Source of the DNA: the human T2T-CHM13v2.0 reference genome, Homo sapiens
Assembly (NCBI RefSeq): GCF_009914755.1
Contig: NC_060938.1
Direction: 5' to 3' (one strand)
DNA length: 64,000 nt
Shown: piece after piece, positions 14,267 to 27,482 of the stretch
Layout of the letters: each line of letters begins with the position of its first letter
How positions within the stretch are numbered: position 1 is the stretch's first letter
Notes under the pieces: generated by a model
Databases searched by the model: none
What the model saw: the letters and a program-made list of their open reading frames with translations, nothing else
What the model was told of the DNA's origin: nothing
Translations under genes and position numbers: made by a program

Positions 14267-15130
14267 CCTCTGGGGTGGAGCTGGCAATCTGTGCACTAAC
14301 AAGCCCCCCATAGGGGTTTCAGAGGGGCTGTCTGTGTCCCTCCCCAGTGCCCTTTACAGATCACTGCAAGCACCCCCAGCCGCTGCAAGTGCCAGCTGTT
14401 AATCCCTCACAGCTACCCGCTTCTCTGGAGAATCTCCCTGTCCCAGGAACCTGGCTCACCTGGGAGAGTACGTCCTACCAGCACCTCCACAGCTCTTGGC
14501 CAATGGCTGGCATTGATGCCAAGAGTCTCCCACTTTGCCCCTGGGCACGGGGCTGGCTCTGGGGCACAGTGCAGGAGCCCGAGCTCCTGGGGGCTTAGCC
14601 TGACACTCATCCCCAGCTGAGTCCATGCTCTCACTTAGGCTGTCCCTCCCCTCTCCTGCCCGCCTCACCTTCCTTCTCCTGAGACCGCCCCCATAAATTG
14701 CTTGAACAAGAAACCCTGTTTCTGGCTCTGCTTCTAGTCACCAAAGTCAGAGGCTTCTCCAAGGAAGGAAAGCTTGAACGGGACTGCTGCGATTTCCTCC
14801 TAAATGGTCTCCCTGCCTCCTCTCTCTCCACTCCCCACTGTCCAGAGTAATTTGTCCAAAATGAAAATCAAATCATTCTCCATCCTACCTTCATCTCTGC
14901 GAGGCAACCCACTCAACCCTGCCCATGGCATACAAGACCCCTTTTATGGCTTGTAAAGTTTTTGGGCTCTGACCCCACCAGATTTTCCAGTCCCAGCTCC
15001 CCACACTTTCCCCAGGAACCCCACATCCCAGATGTACAAGACCACCAGTGTCCAACCCGACCTTGCTGGCACACACCCCCATGCCTGTACACATTTGATT
15101 TCCTCTGCCTTTTCTGACTGTGGGCTTGTA

Positions 15131-15373
15131 TTGATCCCCATACCCAACTGTAGCAGGTGGGGGCTGAGGAGAGAGAGCCAGCCTGTGGATGAGGGTCCTG
15201 GGCACCCAGCAGCCTGGATATCCACTCTCAGACATGACCTTGTTCTCTTTCCTACAATCTAACTCCCAAGTCTTCAGAGAGATTGTGAAGCAAGAGACAG
15301 CCTGGTTTCAGCTGGGCTGTGAGAACCCCACAGGGTGGGCCAGGAGGGAGCAGCCTGGACCGGCCAGGATGAG
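15131..15373 (-). repeat. Right arm of ~240-bp inverted duplication
   Basis: Reverse complement of 14027-14266. Confidence 0.95.
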
Positions 15374-18154
15374 GAAAGGCAGAGGAAATCCCACTGGGTG
15401 TGTTATCAGTGACTGGAGTCACTTTTCAGTGGCATGGGGAGTGAAATATGGGGACACTAAACTGGCTGAGGAGTGAATGAAGGTGGTGGTGCTGTAGAAG
15501 GGAACATAGAAGCGATTCCATGAAGCTGGGCTATAGAAGACAGCCAGGCACTCCTCAGGTCCCCCACCCCACCGCTCAAGGTCTTCACTGGGACTAGGAA
15601 CATGTTGTTGTCAGGCAGGACATCTGGCCACAGCTGGCTCCAGGCAGGTGCATCAACTGAAGCAGAACTACCTGGACCTAGGGAGACTCTAACAGTCACC
15701 TCCACCTCACATGCCCCCAGCTTTAACCGCCTGAGCTACCTGTCAGCACAGACGGTGACGACATAGAGAAATCTATACACAGACGCGTGGATACAACACA
15801 TTCCTAACATTCTCAGCCTCACACCTCAGTGGAGTATCAGTAGATCATTTTTTATACATACCTGGACAGAGGGTGATCATTTAATATGGCTGGCATTATT
15901 TGAACATGCATTTTTCACTTGCGGAGAGGCAAGTATGCTCACCGCGGCAGTTTTTTGCAACACTCTAAAGAGATGGCCCAATCAATCACTTCTGATTCCT
16001 TGGCTGTTTATTGGAGCCATCAATCACGATGACCACTCTTGGCGTTAATGGGAATGTCATCAGCACTTCTGTAGGATTCTCCCTGCAACTCGGCTTTAAA
16101 TAACAAGATTATTATTTTTGACATGTTATTCAAGCTGGGATTTTTTTCCCCTCTATTGCTTCATATCTGGGAGACCCTCGCCTTGAAAGCACTTGTCTTT
16201 CTGGTCCAAGACAGGAGGGGCAGTCGGCCTCAGATTTGGGAGGTGGAACTAGGCCAAGATGACTACCCAGACTAATTAGGGGTTGGGCTTAATTACAGGG
16301 GTTCTAAAATTTTTGCAGAGGCTGCAGAACACCTCTCCCGATGTGGAATAATGATCTTGTTCCCCAGGCCAGGGGTAGCTGTGGGCTTGGGCTTCCTTGG
16401 GGATCTGACAAGTTGCGGGGTCTTCCGAGGAACTATGTGGGTGTAGTACTGGTAATCTTTGCGATCTGTGAACTGGGCCTTTTTAAATAATAAAAAGGAT
16501 GTAAAAATATCACCCAGCATTTAGGACGTTTACCTCCCAGGGGTTATTCTCTTTGATCAGGAAAATCTATGAATCAAAAGAGCAAGCGTATGTGTCCCAG
16601 CCCAATCCCTGAATGAGCGTTCCAACAGACAGGGCAGGAATGAATGAGTCGATGGCTGAGGGGTGGGCGGATTTAGGAGTGGGTTGGGGTGGGCAGCACG
16701 GAACAGGAGAGCACATGGAACCCTGGGCTGGGGTGTGGGACAGGGACCCTCAGTGTGGCAGAGTCTGGTTTCAGTCTCCAGCACCATAATTTTGTCAAGT
16801 CAGCCTTGACTTTGACCTTTGGTTCAAGAACTCTTCCAAGACAGCTGTCCCTGTCAGCCCTCCACCATTGCAGGCCTGTCTGGCCAGTTCCAGGATTCCT
16901 GCATCGCTGTTATGTTTCTCCTTTTGCTCATTCCCCTGGGAACCATTGGGTGAAGTGCATCTGTGCTGTGGGGAGGGCAGTTGGGCAAGGAGAATGACGA
17001 CCAGGATTCCAGCTGACGTCTTGTGGTCTCAGCTACAAGATCCAGAGAGGATGGGAGCCATGGTGTTGACGGTGTGGTTGGGATGACAGCATCTTCTGGG
17101 TCTCCCTCATTTGCGCCATCTCTCATCCTCATTGCCACTTCCAGGGAAGCCTTCTGGAACCACCTTCTCTAGCCCCTTGGTTCCTGAAGCCCTTCGTTTA
17201 TACCCGCAGCAGCACCGCCTCCATGAAGGCTTCCTGCTCCCCCGACTGTGTCCTCTGGCCTCCTCCCCCATTTTGTCTGGGCCTCTCTTTAGCCCAAATC
17301 ACAGTGAGCAGAATTTCTCAAAACAAGGTCCATGGACAGCAACAGAACCACCTGAGTTGGTTGCTGGAAATGCAGATTCCCAGGACTCAGCTCATACCTA
17401 TCTAAATCTCAGGGGTGGGGCTCAGGGATCACCCAAGACAGGCGATTCTTATCTTTCTTAGGCTTACTCAAGTGTGCGGATTGCAGCACCAGGCTTAAGG
17501 CTACAATCAATTGCTGGCATAACCATCTCTTGCCCCAATTTCCCCCACCTCTGGAACAAATCAATCTAACAACTGTCTCTCCAGTGCCCACTGTGTGCCA
17601 GGAGCTGTGATAGATTCTGGAAGACAGCCTGGGGGCAGGGAGACCAGGATGGACTCGGGAAACCAGAGGCAGATGAGAGGTGAGGAGGCTGGGGAGGGCG
17701 GGGTCGGATCTGAAAGTGCTTGGATTTGAGGTCAAAGCCAAGCACCGCCCCCAAAGTGTCTGGGGAAGGGCTCCACAGAGCCTGGGGGTGGGGAGGGGCA
17801 GGGCCAGGGGCTATTTCTTGGCTGGCAGCCCCAGTGTGCAACAGCACTTCCCTCTCCCAAGCGTCTGGGCTCCTCCACTCCAGGGCCAGAGAACATTAGT
17901 GCCTGGCTAGAAAAGGGTGGTGGCCTGACCAGAGGAGGTGGTCAGGGACCCCCCACCCCAAGCCCAGTCAGGTCAAGAAGGCTGGTCTCCAGTCTGGGAA
18001 AGGGAGGGGACAGGACAGGAGAGTTCAGATTCCTGAGAGCTGTCACAGGAGAGAACTTCCACCTTTCATCCACAAAGCAGCACATTCTAGATTGTTATTC
18101 CAGGTTACAAGGGAGATAGCCTTCCATTCTGTCTAAGAATTAATTTTAAAAATT

Positions 18155-18452
18155 ATTTTATTTTATTTTTTAGATGGAGTCTTGCTCTGTTGCCCAGGCT
18201 GGAGTGCAGTGGCACGATCTCGGCTCACTGCAACCTCCGCCTCCTGGGTTCAAGTGATTCTCTTGCCTTAGCCTCCGGAGTAGATGGGATTACAGGCACC
18301 CACCACCATGCCTGGCTAATTTTTATATTTTTAGTAGAGATGGGGTTGCACCATGTTGGCCAGGCTGGTCTCAAACTTCTGGCCTCAGGTGATCCACCTG
18401 CCTCAGCTTCCCAAAGTGTTGGGATTACAGGTGTGAGCCACTGCATTCAGCC
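18155..18452 (-). mobile_element. AluS
   Basis: Full antisense consensus. Confidence 0.95.
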
Positions 18453-19557
18453 AAGAAATAATTTTTAAATAAGAGTTACGTAAAGATGGGACCAGAAATG
18501 TGGAACAGTTGTATGTTTTTGCATTTTATCCAACAAACATATAACACTTACTCTGTGGTTGGCACTATTCCAAGCACTTTACAAATATTTATTCATTTAA
18601 CCCTCATAAAAACCCTGTGAGGTAGGAACTCTTGTTATCCCCACAGCATGGAGGAAACGCATGTATCCTGAAGGCCTTTGATGAACATATTCATTCGTCC
18701 CCTCACTTGTTCCCTCACGTGTGGTTTATTCATTCATTCACATAAATTCCACGCAGTCACTGGGATGTAAGGAGCATCATTAAGGTGCTTGGGCAGAGCC
18801 TGCAGTTCAGGGCATGATGATCACATGATAGGGACATTTGAGAGGGGACTTTGGCATTTGGTGAGGTGTTGGACTGGAAGATGCACGGGGTGGCGTCTGA
18901 ACCTGAGGTTGTGCTCCTGATAATCTGAGGTGCATGGTGGGACACCCCAGGGGACAGAGAGGGCTTGAGGAGAGCCTGGACCCTCTGCAGAGCAAGCTCC
19001 TGGTGTGGTGGGTGATAAGCTCTTCTTTTTCCCATGGCCCCCCACTGACACCACCTGCCTCTTCCATGATGGCTAAAACCAGGGTTCAGGCCTGGCTCCT
19101 CCCCTTCTTCCTGAGCAAAGCACCCTGAGTAAAGCCTAGGGTTGGCTGGTGCCTTTTTAACCAAAAGCGTAAGAAGACGACGTAGCTAACTTGCTGTGTG
19201 CTTTTTGGCATGCGCTTTGCCTTCTCTAACTCCAGTTACCTCATCTGGAAATAAGGAGAGTAGACCAGAAGTCCCTTCAGCTCCAACAGTCAGGGCTGTG
19301 TGGAACTGTAGGCTGCTAAGGGTTTGCAGGGGCACACTGGGATCACCCAGGTGAGGGGTCTGGGGTCATAGGCTTACTCTAGGCTCTCCCCAGAGTCTCC
19401 TTCTTCTCCTTCCTGCTGTCTGATGCCAGATCAATGCTCCTATAGGGTGGACTCCCTCCCATCCCAAATTCTCTACTGGTCCTGAGGTCATTCATGGCTC
19501 TATTAACTTGCCTACACATTTGTGGGCCACCTGCTGTGGTCTCCTTTGCTCTCTGTC

Positions 19558-20138
19558 TGTATTAGTCAGGGTTCTCCAGAGAAACAGAACAAATTGGGTA
19601 TATGTATATACAGAAGAGGAGATTTATGGGGAATTGGTTTACGTGATTATGGAGGCCAAGAAGTCTCACGATCTGCAGGTGGCAAGCTGAGAAACCAGGA
19701 AAGTAAACGGTATCATTCAGCTCAAGTCCAAAGGCCTGAGAACTTGGGGCTATAACTTGATGGTGTAACTTCCAGCTTGACGCTGTAGACATAAGAAATG
19801 GAGTGCGGGGAGGACCACTTTGGGACTTTATCAGTCCCAAAGCCCAAAGTCCCAAGAATGAGATGCTCCAATGTTTAGGACCAGAGAAAATAGATGTCCC
19901 AGCCCAAGGAGAGAGAGTGAATTGATCCTTCCTGCACCTTTTTGTTCTACTTAGGCCCTCAATGGATTGGATGATGCCTCCCACGTTGGTGAGGGAGAAT
20001 CTTCTTTACTCAGTCTACTGATTCAAATAATAATCTCTTCTGGAAACACCCTCACAGGTACGCCCAGAAAGAACGTTTTACCAGCTATCTGGGCTTCCCT
20101 TAGACCAGTCAGGTTGACACATGAAATTAACCATCATA
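19558..20138 (-). mobile_element. MLT2-family (ERVL) LTR
   Basis: tgtattagtcagggttctccagagaaacagaac ... gttgacacatgaaattaaccatca. Confidence 0.9.
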
Positions 20139-22221
20139 CAGTCCCAGGCCTGGTATACAGCAGGTGTTCAATGAGTGTTGGTTGAGTGAGTGAGTAAATG
20201 AATGAGTGAATGAACGTAGTCTAACTACTTATTGCTTATTTTCCCTGTTTGATCTTCATTCATCTCTCTGGCTTGGAATGGCCTCCACCTACCCTGTTTT
20301 CTGGTCCCTACTTCACCATCTTTTGAGATTCAACTCAAATGTTGCTGTTTGTGTCTCGTTTTTGAACTTTCCGAGAGCCAAGCATGACCCTGTCACTCTG
20401 TTTTAAAACCTTTAAATGCCCTTCCATGGTTACCAGCCCATTCAACAACTACTTACAGAACTCCTTCCTGTGCAAAGGCTGTAGTGTGTCTCCCAGTGTC
20501 TGGGACTGATCCTGACACGGAGCTTACATTCTAGTGGGGGAGAGAGGCACTGCCCAAGTCAAAATAAAGCAGAACATTTCAGATGGTAGCCCTTGGAGCC
20601 TATGGTCTTGGATTGGCCAAGAGAGGGCCCACAGCAAGTATTTCTTCTAGCCTGTAAATTCTCATCCCATCCACCTCTGCTGCCTCTGTTTCTTTCTCTG
20701 AACCTCTTTCTCTCCCTTTGATGTACACGGCTGTAGTTTTCTCAGAAGGTCACAGGAAGCTAGAAGCAGCATCTGAGTCAGTAGTTTACACCAACTTGAG
20801 GAGAGCTCCCAAGGGCATGAAAGAGGTGCTGGTTTTGTGGTTAGTAAAGGCCTTGATCCAGTGTTCTCAGGCAGGCAATGCTTGACCAGGGCCTGATAGA
20901 GAAAGGCAACTGGGCTCCTGGGGCCCCTCTCAAGGGCTGCCTGCCCTGCTCTCCAGCCTCTGTCTTTTCTACTTCTTTCAGATCAGGGTCTGTGGTGAGC
21001 CCTAGGGGAATATTTTTTTTTTAAGTCCTAGGATCCAGGAGAGCTGGGTTCTAGTCCTATCCCTGTCCAGGCAGACTCAGGAAAATCTCTTTGTGGGCTC
21101 CAGTTTCCTCATTCCTGAGATGTTAGGGTTATGTGAGATGACCTCTGAGGCCCCTTCCAGCTCCAAGATTCCACCAGGCATCTAAATGTCCCTGAAGTTT
21201 GGGGAGTCATTGTTCTTCAGCATCTCCTCAGGGGCAGCCTGGGCTGAACAATAGTTTTGTGACTTGAAAAGTATTGGAAGTGGAGGTTATCCATTCAATC
21301 AAGACTTTTAGATGATCTGTTGTATCTTGCAACACCTGCCCTCTTCATCCATTTTCTGCTATTGGTCATCAAGAGGACGGTGGAATTCCCAGATAAGAAG
21401 AAGAAAGGCAGAACAAACCTGCAGGTCCCTACTGTGGTGGTCACTGGTGTGGATGCCAGATACATCCAACTCTCTGCCTTCTGTGTAAGTAGTAGTGTTG
21501 CATTTTTTGATCCCTATGTGTTTGGATTGGGCTGTGTTAATTGACAGTGGAAATTCTTCAGAGCTCTTGACAATGTTTGAGAAGGACTCTGCTTGTCAGT
21601 CTGGGTCTGTGAGTAACCACACTAAGCAGAGCATCAAACTGACCCTAGACAGACATAGAACATGAGAGAAATGCCCTTTGTTTATTTGGGGTCACTAAGT
21701 TTAGGGGCTCTTTGTTATTGCAACATACCCTAGCATGTCCTGACTGTTACACAAACCTAGATTCTGACTAGGTCAGTGGAGAACAAGGTTACTTTTCCCT
21801 GAGCAACTTTCATTAATCCTTCATTGGCAAGAGCAGTAAACAAAAGATGGCTACTAGAAAGCCTAAATGGGTGTTTCCTTCCCATCTTCGAGCATGCAGT
21901 GCCAAGGATAAAGAGGCCTGGGAAGTACACTCTGAATGTGCAGATCTTTGCAAATTCCTACTGCACAGTTCAGACTCTTTAAGATGTAGGCCCTGTGTGT
22001 ACTCCATCTCACCTCCCTCCAGCCTACTCCACACCTAGCACAAGGAGCTTCCTTCCCCTAGTAAGATTTTTCTGAGACAGATGGATGAAAAAGCAGCCAA
22101 AAAAAGAAAAATAAGACTGCTTGAACTTTCAGGGTTGAATTTCAAGGCTTTCCCTCCACTTATTATTTCGCCTGTCAGAAAAAAAAGAAAATATTCATTA
22201 GAAAATTATCTTTAAGAGTTC

Positions 22222-22550
22222 TGCTATTGTTTGAATGTTAAGTGTAATGGTATTGGGAGGTGGGGCCTTTAAGAAGTGATTAGGCCATGAAGGCCTCACC
22301 AGAGTGGGTTTAATTCTTTAATAAAAGGGCTTTTAAGAATGGTCTCTCTCTCTTGGCCCTTCCACCTTCTGCCATGTGATGCCTTCAGCTATGTCATGAT
22401 GCAGCAAGAAGGCCCTCGCCAGATGCCAGCACCTTGATGTTGGACTTGTCAACTTTGAGAACTATGAGCCAATAAATATCTGCCCATTATAAGTTACAAA
22501 TTACCAAGCCTGTGTGGTATTCTGGTAGAGCAACACAAGAGAATTAAGAT
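22222..22550 (+). mobile_element. MST/MLT1A-like MaLR LTR
   Basis: gggaggtggggcctttaagaagtgattagg...gcagcaagaaggccctcgccagatgcc...aataaa. Confidence 0.8.
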
Positions 22551-23214
22551 AAGCCCCATGTGAGGGACGAGAACCTTTCCCACTGCTGGTAACATTGGTA
22601 GATGATGTCATTTATTATGTATCATATCAAGAGGGATTATTATTGCAGTCCAATCCTCTGTTTCTCTGAGATTTTTATTGCCAGGAAATGCTGATTACTT
22701 ACACAAGAATTTTGATGCTTAACCAAGACCCTATAGTGGATGATTTCAGAAAAGCAATTGTATGGACTTAGGAAGAAATTTTAGCAGACATTTTTCTTTT
22801 AAGAAAACTTTACAAATATAAATCTTTCATGTAACATTGTGTTGGCTCATTCTACCTAAAGTAGAGTTTGGGGCATGGCCAGCATAGGTAGAACCAACTG
22901 TATTTCACTTGGTAAGAGGTGTCTGTGCAGTCATAATTATCAATGATAGCATTTTTATAAATCCCCTGATCATGTCCCTGGCTGGTTCCCAGGTTTAGAG
23001 CTAGAAGACTTTGCTTCAAGACCCACTTCAGCTGCTTACCAGCTATGAAACTCTCAGCAAGTCACTTTATTTTTCCAAGACTCGATTTCCTCATTAAGAA
23101 AATGGATATACATTCACTTACTTCTTGAGGCAGTTATGGGGCCACACTGCTTCTAAGGCATAGTTCTGCTCATGGTCTTCCACGTTCAAATCTTCCTTGG
23201 CTCCCCAATGCCTT

Positions 23215-23437
23215 GCTGTGCTGCCCAATACAATAGCCACTAACCACATGTGGTTTTTGAATTTTATTAATAATTTATATAAATTAAAATGAAGTAACAT
23301 TAAAAACTGAGTTTCTCGGTCACACTGGCCACATTTCAAGTGCTCCTTACCCACACATGACTAATGGCTACTGTATTTGTGCAGATATAGAACATTTCTC
23401 TAAGCACAGAAAGTTCCAGCAGTCAGCAGTGGATAGC
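23215..23437. mobile_element. MER3-like element
   Basis: ctgcccaatacaatagccactaaccacatgtgg...gcagatatagaacatttc. Confidence 0.75.
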
Positions 23438-24473
23438 ACTCATTTTCAAAGGCTTTGTTAAAAGGAAGTCTTGTGAGAAGGTCATTTTTATAACATAGCT
23501 CAGAGGAGAGGTTCTGATTGAAACCAAGTTGGGAGCTCAGAGTCCAGCCTGTCTCCTACCTCCCCTGGCGGCCCCTCAGGAGGGGGTCAGGAACCCACAG
23601 AGGCCTGCAGAGCAAAGTTGCAAAATGGCTGGTTCCCAAAATAAAGCACAGCCCCTCTTTTTTGTGGCCTGTTTTTAGCCCCACACAGCCTGTATCTGTA
23701 TCGCTTTCCCTTACCCCGCCTCCCAGCACAATGAGAATGTGCCCTTCACTCGACTCGGCCGGTTAACATGAATTCATTTTCCAGGACACCGTTTGAATGC
23801 CACGAAGCAAGCCCAGCTCCACAAGTGGGGTTAGTCACTCTGTGTGCATCTTTTGCTGGAGCATTAATTGCCCTGCAATGAGCCTGTCTCTCTGACTAGA
23901 CTGTGAGCTCCTGGGGCTAGAGATGGCATCTTCTTGTCTACATATGCTGGGCATACAGGCAGGACCCAGGAAATGCTAGTGGAATGAATGAGCGAAGTTA
24001 CGTGGGGCCAGGATTTTGTCCTGTTCTCTCAAGAGAGTAAACTCATATGGGCCCCCTGCATAAGCACAATCCAGTCACTGTGCTGGATGGCAAGGGTGTC
24101 TATCATCTCAGATCTGTCCCTGTGCTGGTGGGAAAGGACACCGTGGCTGACTGAGCGTGGCCTGCAGTTCAGTAGCTCCTCATTTCCCCTCCCACAAATA
24201 TTCGTTAGGTGCTTACTGTGTGCAAGACACCGTGCTAGTTAGTACTGGCTGGGGACAGAGCCTGACAAAGCAACGCAATCCCTTGCCCTTGTAGACTTTA
24301 CGTCTTAAGTAAAATAAAACAATAATAAATAAGTAAAACACATGTTGTGTCAGATGGTGCCATGGAAAAAATTGAGCCTGGAAGGAGAGGGGAAGGAAAG
24401 TTGAGGTCAGGTAGCGGTAATAAAGGGGTCACAGTTTTAAGTAGGGTAGGCAGGTAGACCTCATGAAAATATT

Positions 24474-25033
<560 letters not shown>

Positions 25034-25635
25034 TTACGTGAAAGGAAACTCAGCTATCTCAGGATGTCAGGCTCTAGAGAGTGGGGCCAGAGCCCTCTGC
25101 AGCTGTGCATGGAACACCAGAAGTGGCAGTGGATTACATGTGGGGAGTCTGGCCCTCACGGGGCACCTGGTTTTCTGCCCCACCCTCCCGACAAGCAAGA
25201 TGTGAGCAGAAAAATACTAGTTTCCAGACATGAGTCAGCACACTGGGTGAGTCTATGAACTCCAGGCCATAAGTTTGCCTTTGGCCAAGCAGATGAGGCC
25301 CTAACCCAGAGATGTGGGTAATTAACATAATTTGCGTAATTAATTGGCCTGATCTGGTCTCATCTGGACCATACAGGTCTGGCTAACATTTGAGATATCA
25401 TTAGAGGTTATTACATGTTTCCCTATTGACTTTGCTTGTGGGAGACTCTTTTTGAGTTTACCTGGTGGGGTGAGAATTACTTCATCGGGCTTACAGAGTG
25501 AAATGCTGTGTCTGTATTTTCAGCTCAGTGGTATGCGGAGAAGGAGACAGGAGGCTGCGAGATTGGCTTCTGGTAATCCTAAGGCAATTTATGGAGGGGC
25601 AGACAGTCAGTCTAGACCATCTTCAAAATCCCATC

Positions 25636-26225
25636 TGTATTAGTTTGCTGGGGTGGCCATAACAAAATGCCACAGGCTGGGGGCTTAAACAACAGAAATG
25701 TATTTTCTCAGTCTGGAGGCTGAAAGGCTGAGATCAAGGTGTTGGCAGGGTTAGTTTCTTTTGAGGCCTTTCTCTTTGGCTTGGAGATGGCTGTCTTCTC
25801 CCTCTGTCTTTGTGTGGTCTTCCTTCTGTGCCTGTCTCTGTCCTAATCTTCTCTCTGTTTTTTGTTTTTCATTTTATTTTATTTTATTTTAGTTTTTGAG
25901 ACAGGGTCTTGCTCTGTCACACAGGCTGCAGTGCCATGGCGCGTTCATGGCTCAATGCAACCTCGACCTCCCAGGCTTAAGCGACTCTCCCATCTCAGCC
26001 TCCCAAAGTGCTGCAATCCCAGGCATGAATGAGCCACCATGCCCGGCCAATCTTCTCTTCTTATCAGGACATCAGTCCTGTTGGATTAGGTCCCACCAGT
26101 ATGACCTCACTTGACCTTAATTACCTCTTTAAAGACTCTATATCCAAATACAGTCACATTGTGAGGTATGGGCATTTAGGACTTCAACATGTAAGTTTTG
26201 GGGGACACGATCCAGCCCATAACAT
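25636..26225 (-). mobile_element. MLT1A-like LTR with a nested partial Alu (~25870-26048)
   Basis: tgtattagtttgctggggtggccataacaaaatgccacagg...ccagcccataaca. Confidence 0.85.
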
Positions 26226-26396
26226 CATGCAGTCCCAAGATGTAGAGAGTCTGGGTTCCCTCTCTGCTGCCAACTCCCCACAAACCCATGCATGACATAT
26301 CCTTTCTGGACCCCAATTTTTCCATCTGCTCTGCCTCCTTCAATTGAGAGGCTCAAATTACTTAATGTACAAGCAAGGGCTTTGTAAACCTCATAG

Positions 26397-27482
26397 CAGT
26401 GGACCCCAGAGGTGCAGCACCATCCCTAAGGAGCGTTTTGGAAATCTGTGGGTGCATGCGTTGGGTTGTCACAATATTTAGGGGGCTTCATGACATTGAG
26501 TGAGCAGGAGCCAGGGAGATGTCCAGCGGTGTGAGAGATGGTCACACAGGATGAACTGTCCTGTGTTATTCACCACTTTCTAATATCTTTTGTGCATTTA
26601 TATAGCTGAAAGAAAACCCCACAATCATTGGAACCTAGTACCTAATTCTGTTTTACATATAAACACAAAGAATTTATTTTTGCAAAATTTAAATGTATCC
26701 TTTTTACAGAAAAGCACAGTCAACCAAATAGAGGGAAGATTGTACCTTGTTTTGTTTGAAACTTTAATAGAGTATGCACCAGTTCAGAAAATGCATGTTG
26801 ATATGGTTTGGCTGTGTCCCACCCAAATCTCATCTTGAATTCCCACGTGTTGTGGGAGGGACCCGGTGGGAGATAATTTAATTATGAGGGCGGTTTCCCC
26901 CATACTGTTCTCGTGGTAGTGAATAAGTCTCACGAGATCTGACGGTTTTATAAGGGGAAACCCCTTTCGCTTGGCTCTCCGATTCTCTCTTGCTGCTGCC
27001 CTGTCGGAAGTGCCTTTCACCTTCCGCCATGATTGTGAGGCCTCCCCAGCCACGTGGAACTGAGTCCATGAAACCTCTTTTGCTTCCCGGTCTCAGGTAT
27101 GTCTTTATCAGCAGCATGAAAACGGACTAATACACCTGTCTTCTACAACGCACATTTAGAAAATGTGTCTCCAATGGCAGCGCTGTTTGGTGCTTGAGTC
27201 ACAACGCAACATTGCCCCGCTGCTCTTTGCGTGTAGCTATCTCATCCACCGTAGTCCTACATGCAGGTGTCTACCTCATTATGTTTTCTACTATAGCTGT
27301 GAAATATAGAATCATGATTTGCTTTTCTTCTGTGCTTTCTCTGATAGTCAAGGCAGTACATGTTTTTTTTGAAATTATGAATTGGGTTGTTACATTATCC
27401 GTGAATTTCATTCAAAGATAGTTAAAGTGAGTGTTGAATATACATTTAAATAGGGGCGATTACATAGGGGTTGAGAAGCCGT
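26397..27482. mobile_element. hAT-Charlie (MER20B-like) element hosting the THE1 LTR
   Basis: gcgttttggaaatctgtggg...gggttgtcacaat... gggttgagaagcc ends. Confidence 0.55.
26799..27134 (+). mobile_element. THE1 solo LTR
   Basis: tgatatggtttggctgtgtccc...aacggactaataca; near-TSD catgt/cctgt. Confidence 0.93.

Noticed and set aside
27041-27053. PRDM9 hotspot motif in THE1
   Set aside because: Reads CCTCCCCAGCCAC, the consensus form, not the hotspot-associated CCTCCCTAGCCAC.
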